DNA from: Mobula hypostoma | Lineage: Eukaryota | Length of the DNA stretch: 64,000 nt | NCBI RefSeq assembly: GCF_963921235.1 | Contig: NC_086118.1 | Span: forward strand, 28,646,001-28,710,000 | Direction: 5' to 3' | Shown here: one piece after another, positions 51,119 to 63,616 of the stretch | How positions within the stretch are numbered: position 1 is the stretch's first letter | Layout of the letters: each line of letters starts with the position of its first letter | The notes under the pieces: model-generated | The model's database searches: none | What the model was told of the DNA's origin: nothing | What the model saw: the letters and a program-made list of their open reading frames with translations, nothing else | Program-made: the position numbers and the translations under genes

Positions 51119-52989
51119 TGGTGCTCAATGGCATTACCATCACAGATATAAATAATTTTCTATGTACTAGAATGGCTTGGTTGATGGAGCAACAATCATC
51201 TCTTCACTCTGAATGGAAACTATACATTCAACTTGGTAACCAGATATTGTACCTTCTTTTGATTAACCAGTCTGTAATCTCAGTACCACTTTTGATTGGT
51301 CATTTGGATTAAAATAAAGTGCATTTAGGAAAACTCTAATCATGAAGAACAACATTCACAATACATTGCATTAACCATAACAATTACTTACGAATTACAT
51401 TTGAATGGTGCTTTAAGGGGCCAGCAATTTGTCTCTATTTCTGTAGATATTTTATAAATACTCTTGTTATATTTGTTATTTTTATAATTGCGCTTTGTAT
51501 TAGTAACTCTAGATAATATCAGGACTGCCAATTTAATAATATATGAGGGCCTAATGAGGGATCTATAATTTATGATCTTGCGAGTTTGCCAAACTTACTG
51601 AGCTCCCTGTGCCATTCAGCAATAGTTCAGGTGGATGGTGATGATTACAGTAATGCTAATTCAGCAAACTCTGCCTCATCAATGGATCCGTGTGGTAATT
51701 GCTTGCTCAATTTTTTGACAAGGATCTGGGGTGGCAATTACCCAATGGAGTAATGGCATGGTATAAATAAAAACATGCTCTGTTCATAATAAATTATTAA
51801 AACTTCTGTACCATATTAATGCTACCTGTCACAGATGCACCATTATTATAGTGTAAGTTTGATATATATTCTCTCCTATCAATCTAGCTCTGTGGATTGT
51901 GACATTGGAAAAATGTCAGGTGAGGGCCTCCTTATCCTATCTTGGCATGATGTTATCACAACACACCACAGTTACCACACTGCCTTTTTTGCCCTATAAA
52001 TTAACTACCTTAGTTTTTTTTTGCTTTTTCCCCAGGACTTATTCCTTACTTTTCTTAAGAATTGCTTTTCACATATCATCCCACATATCATTTATCATCT
52101 CAGAAAGCACCACTCAGCAATGTGATTTCTTCCCCTGAGCCAGTCTCTGAGTTTAAAGAGGGGGAGAGGCAATAGTGGCAAGGGGTGCAGGAAGTGAGGC
52201 TGGAGAACATTTTGTCTGTGATTCTGCTTCTCAGGCAGAAAGCTCTCCATGCTCACCCAACATCTGTTGCCACTAATTAATCTCATCTCTTTTGACCTCA
52301 TGGAAAAAAAATCTCCTTATTGTTCAGAACTCCACTTTCAATTTCCTAAATGAAAGCCTTTGACTTTCAAATGCAGCTACAGGTGTTGATCTTCCTCAAC
52401 TAAAATATGCATTAAACATTTAAAGTCCCCCACCTTTACTCCCTGATTCAAATGGTCCTCATTGTGAATGTAGGTCAAAGCTGTTTATCCATGCAGCCTT
52501 AGATCTGCTTAGATCACATCAAGCTCGATCACATCTCAACTCTTCAGTCAAAGGCAGACATATTTCTTGATCATCCCAAAAGAATTCCTTTCCCCATAAC
52601 CCACCATCTCATTAATTATCTCTGTTTTTCCTTTCCATTCTCACCTCAATGTGCCCAGAGAACTCATGGTTATCTATTTTAATCATTAACCTGGAGGCCA
52701 TCTGATAACATATTGCTTTCACTGCCTCCCTCCCCCACTAAATTGCATCTTTTCTCTAGTTTCATGACCAGAATGAACCGAGTCATTCATCCTTCTTAAT
52801 GTCTTCATGTCCAGTATGTCTTCATTTTACATACATAGAAGTACTTAACAACATAGGCAGCAATATGATATAACTTCCTCAGGTACTCTTATAGCATTTG
52901 TCTATGTCTGTTGCCTCCTGACTTCTCTACTGCCTATTTTGATAGAGTATCATGCAACTTATTTATTTGTTCATTTATTATTTTGGTCA

Positions 52990-53510
52990 GAATCTGGATG
53001 TTGCTGGAGGAAAAATTGCCGGCAGGGTTTTCCCTGTACTATTCCCTTTGTTCTTCTTGGTGAGGAGTGCTCTGGGTTTGATGCTACATATTAGCCACTG
53101 CATCAGTGCTGGAGAGAATTAAAGTTTAGAGTAGTGGATGGGTGCCAATTCAAAGAGGATGCTTTTTACCTGGATGGTGTTAAGAGTTGTTGGAGAAGCA
53201 GTCACCTAATCAGTTGGAAAATATTCCTTCACACTCCTGACTTGTGCCCTGCAGATGATGGGAAGACTTTGAGCTGTCAGGAGATGGATTATTCAACACA
53301 GATACCCAGCCCTTTACCTGTCCTTGAGAACATGCAGTTAGTGCAGTTGACTTTCTGATCGAAGGTGACCCTAAGCATATTGATGATGGAAATACCACTG
53401 ACGTCAAGGGTAGATGGTTAAACACTCTGTTGAGTTGATCATTCCCTGGCATTTCCGTGGCATGAATATTACTTAGCAATTCTCAGACTACGCCTGAATA
53501 TTGTCTGAGA
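52990..53510 (-). mobile_element. Ancient CR1/L2-group LINE remnant; related pieces at about 55230-55440 (-) and 55540-55840 (+)
   Basis: 'attccttcacactcctgacttgtgccctgcagatg' is the reverse complement of a KAQVRSVMEYS-like RT C-terminal motif, also seen as 'acaagtacatgatggaacactcc' at 55564. Confidence 0.45.
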
Positions 53511-56500
53511 AGTTCATTCAAAGGTAAAGTTATTATTTTTGTCCCCTGTCCACTGCATGGACCTCCTCCATGAATGACCTTTATGGATAAACTGTGAATG
53601 CTCAATCTCATGCTCCATTCTTCAACCTCCTCAAAATTTACCACATCCACAAATTTGCTTGTGCATGCTTTCTTACTCAGTCATTTTCCCTTTCTTATTA
53701 ATCTATACCCTTTCCACTGCAGTGATTTTAAAATTCTTCCCTTGTTTAAATGATCTTATGTTCCTCTTTTTGTGCCACGATTGTCGAGATATTCCCAGCA
53801 ACAACCATCCCTCCTCAAACTATAACTTGCTTTTTCTTTATATTGGTGGTTATACTTATACTTCATAGGAAAAAATGTCTTGTGTGCCTCCCTTATCAGT
53901 TCAATGGATGACAGAAGTCTATCTAGTTTTTGAACTGGTTTGTGCTATTAAGAATTTGTCAGTGGATTATATGCTTGCTCTGCATACTTCTAAGATTCAC
54001 TGACAAAGATTGAAATTCTTGGATAAGAATTTTGGATGGAGAATGTAATGGCTGTAATGGAATATTTGATCCAGATATCTCTTCTGGAGGGGACCATATA
54101 GTAAGCTATCTATCAGAGTCTAGTTCCATCATGTAGCAGACCACAAGGCTGGCCTTTGAGAGCTGAGCCAGCGAATATTTGGGCTTGATAAGTGTAGAAG
54201 TCCCACTAAACCCATCCCCACTTTCCCTTACTGCAATGACTCTAGCTAATCTCTACTAAAGGTTTGACAGTCTGGCTGTATATAAAGATTTCTGTTACCA
54301 AGACATCCTGGAGCATAATCTACCAGATGTAAAAGTCAGATGAAACAAATGATTTGCTTCCTAGAAGAAAATCGGTGACACAGCCATCAAGTGACATGTA
54401 CAGTATTTTCTCACTTGCTTTCCACTTAGAGGAATAAAGTCAAAACTACTTAGACATGGCTAGTTAGTGTTATATCTATAATGCCTCAATATTATGTATT
54501 TTTAAAACTTGTAAGTGAAACTTAGCATTATTAATGTATCATTATTTTATGATGTGTCAATATATCATACATTTCATCATATATTTGTGAAGTATCTTAT
54601 TTGCCTTGTTTCCCAGTGGAAAGGCACTAAGTAGGACCAAATAGAACATGAATAAACCTGACTCCAAATTGGATTCAGAGCATGTACTGTAGTACAGTGT
54701 GTCTAACCTAATTGCATAATATCAGGGCTGAAAAATGTTGCGTAACCAACCAGATCTATTAATAATGCTAATAAGATTTCACGATGGAACTGGAAAAGTG
54801 GAGTCTGAACTGGTGACATTTCAGACAAATTGAAGTGTTAATATATATTTACTTTCTGCCACATTGTAGTCCAGCACTGTATGGAAGGATCAGGTAATAT
54901 GTAAATCAATCAGGATGATAAATGTGGGACTAGGGTAATAAACTTGAATTACTGAAAAATATCAACACAGAGAACTGGGCTGCTGAGTGGAGCATGTTTT
55001 TAAACATTTCTTGTGAACTAAAATTATTAAATTTTGAGAACTGAAATGTCGCTAGATTATCCAAGACTCCAGTGACTCTTTTTCAAAATATCTTAAAGAG
55101 AAAACTCAGCTAAGCTGTGGGCCAGTTCAAGTATACAAAGATCGCAAAGAAACAGTATGTGAAAAGAAAATCCATTAAGCAATTTTGGAATTTAGTGTTG
55201 GCATCTTTGTAAGCATCAGATTAGTGTTGATTCTACTTAGGATTTCAGCACACTGGGAAGGTTGATCAGCTCTAGGTGCCCGTCACTTAACAGATGGTGA
55301 ACCACCATCTTGAATTGCTGTAGTGCTGTTAGTTAGGTATTTCTTCGAGTTTGGATGAAGAAAGACCAGAAAACTGCTTCCAAATCAGGATAGCGTATAC
55401 CTTGGAGAGGAACCTGCCGGTTGCTGGCTTTCTATAAGTAGGGTATGCTCCATTCTCTGCTTGACAAGCATATTATATATTTTTGAACTAGTCCACAACT
55501 TAGCTGAAATTTCTCTTCAAGATATTTTGGAAAAGTGTCAATAGCATCCTGGATAATTTAATGACAAGTACATGATGGAACACTCCCTGCTTGTGGTTTT
55601 GCAAATTGCTATAAGCTCAGAACCATTCAGGAGAAAGCCGACTGCTTAATTGCCATTCCATTAACCAGTGATTACAGTGGCTGCAGTGGACACCATCCAC
55701 AAAATACGATATAGTTGCTCAGACTGGACCTTCTGAATCCATGACATCTATCAGCAAGATCAGGAGTATCAGGTGCATGGAAACCCAGTAACCTGCAGGT
55801 TCATCTCCAGAGTGACCTGATTTGGAAGCATATTGCTGTAAAATGGATGAATGGCTTTAAGGTATCAGAAGGGAAGTAACTTTAGTCATATTGGTCAGGT
55901 TATTAAAAAAAATCCATCAAAATGTGTGAATGGCAGTGTGATAAAGTAAGATTACATTTAATCTTCTGCTTTAGTCTTGTTAAAACACTGTAGCTTTTTC
56001 TCATGTATCTCTCAGAGGATCCATATATTTACCATTTTACTACTGATATAATTTCCCACACAACGGATAAGCATTCTTAGTTATACTGCCAGCAAGCTAC
56101 TCTTCCAAAAGAAAAAGTGTGCAAGTTCTATTAAAATTTCTCATTTATTGCCTGAATAAAATTTTCATTCTTTCATGCATCAGCTCATAGTAGCTCAAAG
56201 CACAGTAAATATTTTCTGGCCCTCAACTTGAACCTGTTGTGGATCTCTTAAATGTTGGAATGAAAGCAGACTAATTAATTGACCTTGGGAATTTCTTACA
56301 CATTTCTAGAGTTTCTGGAACATAACTTGTTAAAAATAACCTGTTAACAAATTGTCCATCATGGTCTTAAAAACTACTGGTTACCCTTGACAAGCTTGGT
56401 GAAAGCTTTCAAGAAATTATGCAATTGTAGCGGCTATGTTGTGTAAATTTGCAGAAGATGGTTCATGTGATGGCATCTTACAGATTTGCTATGAGAATTA

Positions 56501-57995
56501 AAAGAAATGGTTGAATTTAACTCAACATGCTGAGAGAAAACTGAGCAAGTATCCATTTAAAATTCCACTAATTACTTATCCAGCCTGGGTCACCAAGCTA
56601 GTCTAGGTTTTAATCTACATAATTAAACTGGGGTTTTAAAGAAATGTAGCTGATGTGGGTGCCATTCATTTTTGTTTCAAACATGTGTAACAGGTCTCAC
56701 TGACATCATTAGGAGTTGACTTCGGCCTAATAATAGAGACAATCATGCCAAGCCACCTATTTGGTAAAATGACAGGGACTGATGTTTAAATGCACTTGCA
56801 CCCTACTAAACCTTAACTTCTGCTTAACAAACTCAGAACTCTGCCAAAATTTTGATTTTATGTGCATGAAGTCTGGTGCCCTCAGGTATTTATTTTAAAA
56901 TTCCATGTTTTAAAAATGATTTTATACAATATTTTAATGTTCTGATACTTTATGTTCCAATACAATCTCATGAGTGTTTCACAGCCATTAACTTGTTCTC
57001 TTGATATTTGTCAAAAACTAATTCACAAAGTTTTTAGATTCCTGGTTTTACGCCTGTGAAAACCTTTCACCACCAATGTCAGATTGATGGTAAGACAATT
57101 ACTTGGTACTAGAAATTCACAGTGAACCTTCTTTGGACCTTGTGCAAAGAAATGGGCAAAGGAGCAGTGGGGAAGGAATCAAGTCTTTTCGGCGAGTGCT
57201 CACGCAAGCCAAGTCACTGATTCTGGAGAATTTGGATAAAACAGGTTTTAATTTTGAAAAGAAAAAAATTTAAATGTTAAGAAATCTAAACTTGTATGTT
57301 TATAGAACAAGGTCTCAGCAATCAAGCAATACTTTGGTGCAACCTCCTGATTTTGTAATTTTTTCATAAAATATGTGTTCTTCCTGTCGTTACTTAGTTT
57401 TTGTCAACATAGTCAGACACAATAAAAAGCTAATTATTCCTATTTATTTAATTTTATATAGATTTAGAGGTTTTAAATCATTGTGTCTACACCATAGGTA
57501 CACATATATGCTGTTAAATGTTGAATATTCACTTTTGTTCATTTTCTTTACTATTTCACATGTACTCCTTTAAAAACTCTTTCATCTTACAACTTTTATC
57601 ATCAGCATTAAATATACAAAATAACAATTTTGGACATAAAAACACATTTTTAATTTTAAAGAGACAATTACTTTAATAAATCAACTGTTTTGGAGGAACA
57701 GATTGTAAGCATATTAATTTAAAACAAAGAAAGTTCCATCTGTCGGTGGTGACTGAGACCTGATTACAACAAACAATTCAAACTTTTTTACCACTCAAGT
57801 CAATGCTTCCTTGTTTATCAACTTTATTTAACAATTTGGTACAACAAATAACAATTTGTCATGTGCATTTTATCCTTCTGTAAATATTAACAATGGTAAA
57901 CAGCAAAATAAAAACTGCAGGACAAATATCAGAAAACACACCAGGAACTAAAAAAAAATCCATCCATTTCTGGGCTTGAAAATCTTCGAAAAGGT

Positions 57996-60555
57996 TCAGT
58001 CAGTTTTATCAGGAAGTAGACGATTAATATGCTCCTCCTCTATGAAGTCCATGACTTCGGCAGACAGGTGGTTGATCTCCCTCATCCTGCTTGTACAACC
58101 CGGTGATGATGGCTCCATCAGTTTGACCAGAATATCTTCAACTGGTACGGAGCACATATCCTTTCCACCTGGTTTTGGATGGAAGCAGGTGTTGGGCCCA
58201 TGAGGGTGGAAAAACTCCACTTGAACATCTTGATGATGAGCATCCACAGTGACAGCCTTTGCTAACCACCAATTTTGGTCATAAATGACTGCAAGCCAAT
58301 CTCCACAATTAATGACACATGCAGATATATCTGTTGTAGTCCTGTCAGGACCACTCTGGGGTTCCTGCTCCATTTCCTCCATCAGCATTGCCAAAGGCCC
58401 TCTGTTCTTTCCCATTGTGGTAGGGCCATCATTCTCCTCAGCCTGTACCCTGGCATGTGTATTTTCAGTCAACTGAAATGTTGTTGGGCTGAAACATTGG
58501 CACATCTGTGGCTCACTGCAGAAACATGACAATGATCTGCAATGGATGCTGTTTCCGTAAGGTATGACCTGAAGGATTTCCCTCGTTGCCAGTACAGGTT
58601 TTAGTGTTTGAGAAAGGAGTGCATCATTTGTCTGCATGTCACCTTTAGCAATATGATAGAGCTAAGTACTGCAAAGGCTGCTCCCAACCATGTCATGGAA
58701 GATCTTGCCACCCACCAATGTCATTCCCCCATAGTACAAGGCTGTCTGCAGTCCTTTTCACAGTTCCCCCAATGCCATCTGGAGCTCCCTTCCCATGTGA
58801 AGTGGTGAAGAAGTTCCAGATTGTTCTCTGGAAACCCAGTGTTGGAGGGACATTGCAGAGGAGAGAAAAGTTCTTCTTGATTTTGTACAGCTTGCTGGGG
58901 CCATCTGACCAAAATTGAATGGTATCAACTTTTGGAAATTTTAAACGAATATCTCTGAGGACTGGTTCCATGTGAGTCCAAATGGCAGAAGCATCCTGTC
59001 ACTTGGATTCCGATATTGTACAAAATCCTGCTTTCGCTTCTTTTGTGTAGTACATGCCAGTGTGCAGATTGAGCTGTGGGAGGTTCTGACCAAAATGACA
59101 TGACTGTACCTCAGAACTATATTTGCATTTCCATGCCTCAGAAAAATCCACATGCACAATTACAGTGCTTTCATTGCAGTTTTGTATCATGCTCCTGTAT
59201 TCCCTGGACTGGTTTTGAACCAAGCACACAGGTGTTGTTGTTTCACTTTTTAGTTTGTCTTCATACAGTTCGATGAGCTCTGCCAGTGTGCCATTGTGCT
59301 TCACAAGTCTTGTACTGTAGTGAATTCCATCTGCTGTTTGGTCCTGAACTCGTTCCCATTGCTGCCACTCAACATCGGACAACTCTTGCTGTGGGGTGGG
59401 AAGTGTGTGCTTGTGGAGACACCGGTTGCAGGACCGCAGAAGGCATGCCTCGCTTGTCTAAGAACAACACGCAAGTTCTAAACTATCCTCCAATTTGCTA
59501 GACTTGACAATACCATACGCTCTTAGAACCTCAAACATTAGCTTTGCATTTTCATGGTGTTGGCATTGGCGTGTCTTTCGATCTGATGGATTTAGTGCTG
59601 TGACATAGAATGAATGTAAAGCACAAAAGGATGAATAACTGAGTTTTACATTTGGTTTCTTTTTGATGAACTCCCTGTGGAGGTTGAATATTGTGGCAGT
59701 CAGAATCAATCTCTGATGCTTTATTTTCTTTCGTGTTATTGTGTCCTGTTTGTCAGTAATCATTCGAGCAGCATTATGGTAGAAATCCTGAACCATCTGG
59801 GTTATTGTTTGAATGTAAGCGGGTTTTTTGTCAGTAGTCCTTCTCTTTCGCAGTGTGTTTTATGTCAGCCCCAACTGCTTTGTCTGGTGTATTAGGCGAT
59901 ATTTCTTTAGAACCCTGCCTGACAGAGTCAAGTTCCTTGATTTTTGAGCAGACTTGCAGGGCGACTATAAATTATTTTTGTTTTGATTAAATTCTTGAAT
60001 GAGACTGTTGTGGAAGAGCAGGGTTTTCTTGATGGAGGGGTTTTTGAATTTGCTTCCCTGTAGCATCTGTTTTTTTTTCTTGGTGATTCTTGTGCTTTTT
60101 TTATTTCTAGTTTGCTGTCGTCACCAATGCTTTCTCAGTCTGTTCCTATCTTTTATTATCTCTTGAAGTTATTTTTCAAAGCTTTCGTCTCTCTCAAGTA
60201 TCTTGCTCTTGTTTTCTTTCTTCCCCTTTCCCCTGCTGCAAGCTGGATCCTGTATAGTCTGATCCAATGGACTATCTGGGGGAGTCTCTGGGCATTCTGG
60301 GCCCTTTCTCTTGCGCTCTCTTGACTCTCGCTGTCTACGTTTCCATGCCTTTCTCTTACTCCTCTTTTCCCTTTCATTCAAATCACTGATAGTTTTTATT
60401 TTCCCATCCTCTACTCTCTTCTTCCAACTTCGCTTTTCCTTCCTCAGGTATTCCTCTTTTAACTCTGGCTCACTATATATTTTCTCTCTCCGTTTTTTTT
60501 GGTATTCCCTGTTTCTTCTCCTTCGCTCCTCCACTGGTAGCTGCTGCCTAGCCAT
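57996..60555 (-). pseudogene. Frameshifted DDD-type transposase gene
   Basis: Collinear pieces: basic N-terminus (60169-60555), CQHHEN and CC (59458-59796), CLLRSCNRC, VHVDFSEAW...EVQSCHF (58999-59382), FWSDGPSKLYK...WNFFTTSHGKGAPDGIGGTVKR (58693-58971), SCFC...CQC and GDWLAVIYDQNWW (57996-58637). An acceptor-like tttatgtattttAG lies just before the ATG. Confidence 0.8.
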
Positions 60556-61236
60556 AACTTCCTAAAATACATAAAAGGAAGGTCAGAATTTAATGATATT
60601 ACTATGAAATTGTGCAAAATTACTATGAATTTATTTATGTTTAATTTGGTGAAATTTTATAAAACGATTCTGAGATAGTGCAACTAAATTCATTTATGGT
60701 TTTGGTCATTGGGATACGTATAGTAAGGAACTGTTGTAGGCCTATGTGTGGAATAAAGGGGAAATTATGTATATTATAAATAAGGAGGTTAATGAAACAT
60801 TTCAAGCTATTTTACTATCTATTGTGATCATAAATTATATTCAAGCTTCCACTGATGATTTGGATAGTTTTGTCAACACCGTCAGACAGAAAACCTGACA
60901 GTGGTGACAAAAACACACTTTTTTTACATGACATGCATGAGTTGTATACAGGAGCCATCTTGTTTTCCCTCTGTTGCTAGCTGCCTCTAGCCTCTACTTA
61001 AAATGCATAAATTTATGTCATAATTTAAAATAATTCTTTCTGTACAAAAGAGACAGTGTTGACACATCATGGTTGTGACAATAGCAACATCAATAAATAT
61101 GTAAAAATTATTGAAAAAAATAGCAAATTTACAGGAGCTTGTTTGACCTTGTTGCATTTAGCAGATGTGGAGGGTGGAAAGGGGGTCCTCAGGAATATAG
61201 TTGACCATGTGTTTGCCTGATTTTATTGCATTATTT

Positions 61237-61547
61237 GTCTCCCATCCACTACATAATGTACTGGGTGGGCACAGGAGTACATTCAGCCAGAGACTCATTC
61301 CACCGAGATGCAACACAGAGCGTCATAGGAAGTCATTCCTGCCTGTGGCCATCAAACTTCACAACTCCTCCCTTGGAGGGTCAGACATCCTGAGCCAATA
61401 GGCTGGTCCTGGACTTATTTCCTGGCATAATTTACATATTACTATTTAACTATTTATGGTTTTATTACTATTTAATTATTTATTGTGCAACTGTAACGAA
61501 AACCAATTTCCCCCGGGATCAATAAAGTATGACTATGACTATGACTA
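61237..61547 (+). mobile_element. Young Rex1/Babar-type LINE 3' fragment nested in the transposon end
   Basis: SHPLH...RSTFSQRLIPPRCNTERHRKSFLPVAIKLHNS C-terminus, AATAAA at 61521 and a (TATGAC)3 tail. Confidence 0.8.
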
Positions 61548-62609
61548 ATAAATATCTGATGATGTTGGCAAAAACTTGGGACACATTTTGAGCAATCACA
61601 AAATAAGAGTAAATATTGTTGAAAATTCACTGCTTTTAGTTTTAAAGAGGTTTTTCACTCTACTCTTTCATCTGGCTTATATATTATACATTTTAAATGA
61701 TTTTTTCACACTTTTTTATCAAATTGAAATGATAATCTCTTGTCTGAGGACAAATGATTTTGTGGGTACTGGGCTATCATATAATTTATAAAATTTAAAA
61801 CAAACATATGAAAAAATGTTGCGTTTGTGCAAAAGACCCTCAAATGATCAACCCTGATTATTTTAAATAAGAAAACGTTTTTCATTTTCAACGGAATTAG
61901 CACTTCTCTCAGTGGGACATGTTTTCGCTGAAGTCTCCAGAATCAGTGAAGTGTAAACAGTGGAACCCCTGCACCACATTAAGTACTATTTGCACCATCC
62001 AAGACAGTGCTTGCAGATCTCAGCAATATCAGAACCCTCAGAGCTTTGATATCTGGAGTGGAAGTTGGTCAGTCTGGACCCTGACAGATGACCTTGGAAG
62101 AAGAGCTGTGGTAAACTGAAGCAATATTACTTAATGATACTGGTGGCCTGTATGGTAAAGGATGCCAGGAAAGGGCAAACACCTGTCTTTGAGAGCATTT
62201 TTGTTTCATACTAAAAGAAAACAGTTTTATTTCACTGCTAAGTATAAAACCTGAAGCACTGTGCATGATAAGTAACTCTCCTGACAACTTGGCTTCTGTA
62301 TTCTTCCGATGTATAGCTTTACCAGATGAACATAATGATGAATTAGGGAAAAAATCTGGAAGTACGGGCAAACTTACTTTAGAATGTGTATACCCTTAAG
62401 TTCATCTTGGATGCATAGCTAAAGATGGGACTGGAATTAATATCATCTCAGCTTTTGTAGGAACAATGGAATTAACTCTAATTCTGCCCATCTGATGTTA
62501 CAATAAAGGAGTTTTTGGCTCAAGCTCAAGAGATAAACCCAAAGCAAATAGACAATGTACTCTCGCTCAGAGAGCTCAAGACGTTGTAATATTAGGGGAA
62601 TTGAAGATG

Positions 62610-62885
62610 CTTTATTTTACATAGAGGGCAGAGAGTTGGAACAAATCAGACTTCTTCAGGCTGGTAGGTGTAATCAATGGAGTGTCCCAAGGAACTCTGA
62701 GGTCCTCAATTATTTATGATTCATGTTATTGACTTAGAAGAAGGGGCAGAGCTTAGAGTACCCAAATTTGCTAATTACATGAAAATGGGTGCGAGGAGCT
62801 GTTACATTGATGATATTAGGACACTGCAGATGGATATAGACAGGTTGAGTAAGTGGGCCTAGATTTGTCAATATGGGAATGAGTT
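62610..62885 (+). mobile_element. Old CR1 RT remnant
   Basis: 'aatggagtgtcccaagga...ggtcctcaattattt' (GV.QG..GPQLF), 'aaatttgctaattac', and 'gatatagacaggttgagtaagtgggc'. Confidence 0.6.
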
Positions 62886-62939
62886 TGTTAAGAAGAATCT
62901 AAAGGATGTTTATTGTCCAACTGAAGAAAGTTTATATCA

Positions 62940-63185
62940 CAAGCAAGAGAAAATCTGCAGATGCTGGAATTCCAAGCAACACACACAAAGTGTTGGAGAA
63001 ACTCAGCAGGCCAGGCTGCATCTATGGAAGAATATAGTCAATGTTTCGGCCTGATACCCTTTATCCAGACAAATGAGATAAATGCAGAGAGCCTTAAGAT
63101 TTCTTCTATACACATCACCTGCAGAAAGTGGCTAGCAAAAAAAATGGCATATTGATTTCCAGCATCTGCAGATTTCCTCGTGTTG
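62940..63185. mobile_element. Penelope-like pLTR fragments in inverted orientation
   Basis: 'gaaaatctgcagatgctggaa' (about 62950) and 'ttccagcatctgcagatttcc' (about 63157); eroded minus-strand hammerhead at about 63034-63070. Confidence 0.65.
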
Positions 63186-63204
63186 GCATATTAATTTTAT
63201 CTTT

Positions 63205-63476
63205 TTACTAAGAGATATAGCACAGTCCAGTTCAATGAGCCGCACTGCCCAGAAAACCACCATTTTAACCATAGCCTAATCACAGGACAATTTACAATGA
63301 CCAATTAACCCACTAACCAGTATGCCTTTGGAATGTAGGAGGAAACAGGAGCACCAGGAGGAAACCCACACACTCATGGGGAGAATGTGCAAACTTCTTA
63401 CAGAAGGCATCTGAACTGAAATCCAAATAGCCCTAAGCTGTAATAATGTCACACTAACTACTATACTACAGTGGCA
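63205..63476 (-). mobile_element. V-SINE-like SINE
   Basis: 'ggaggaaacaggagcaccaggaggaaaccca' is the reverse complement of the V-core. Confidence 0.75.
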
Positions 63477-63616
63477 CTCCATCAAGGCTGATCTATAATG
63501 GTAGAGGATTGTCACATAAGGACAACATTTTTCCAATTTATAATGTACCAATAAGGCCACACTTGGACCTGTAAACAATTTTGGTCTCCTTTTTTATCAA
63601 TGGATACGCTGACAGT

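Larger units (their letters stand above)
57194..61841 (-). mobile_element. Sola-like (tentatively Sola2) DNA transposon, near full length, inactivated
   Basis: Fragmented transposase at 57996-60555. AT-rich ends carry inverted subterminal motifs (57397-57419 versus 61555-61577). Candidate termini are GAG (57194) and CTC (61841). No TSD found, so the ends are tentative. Confidence 0.6.
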
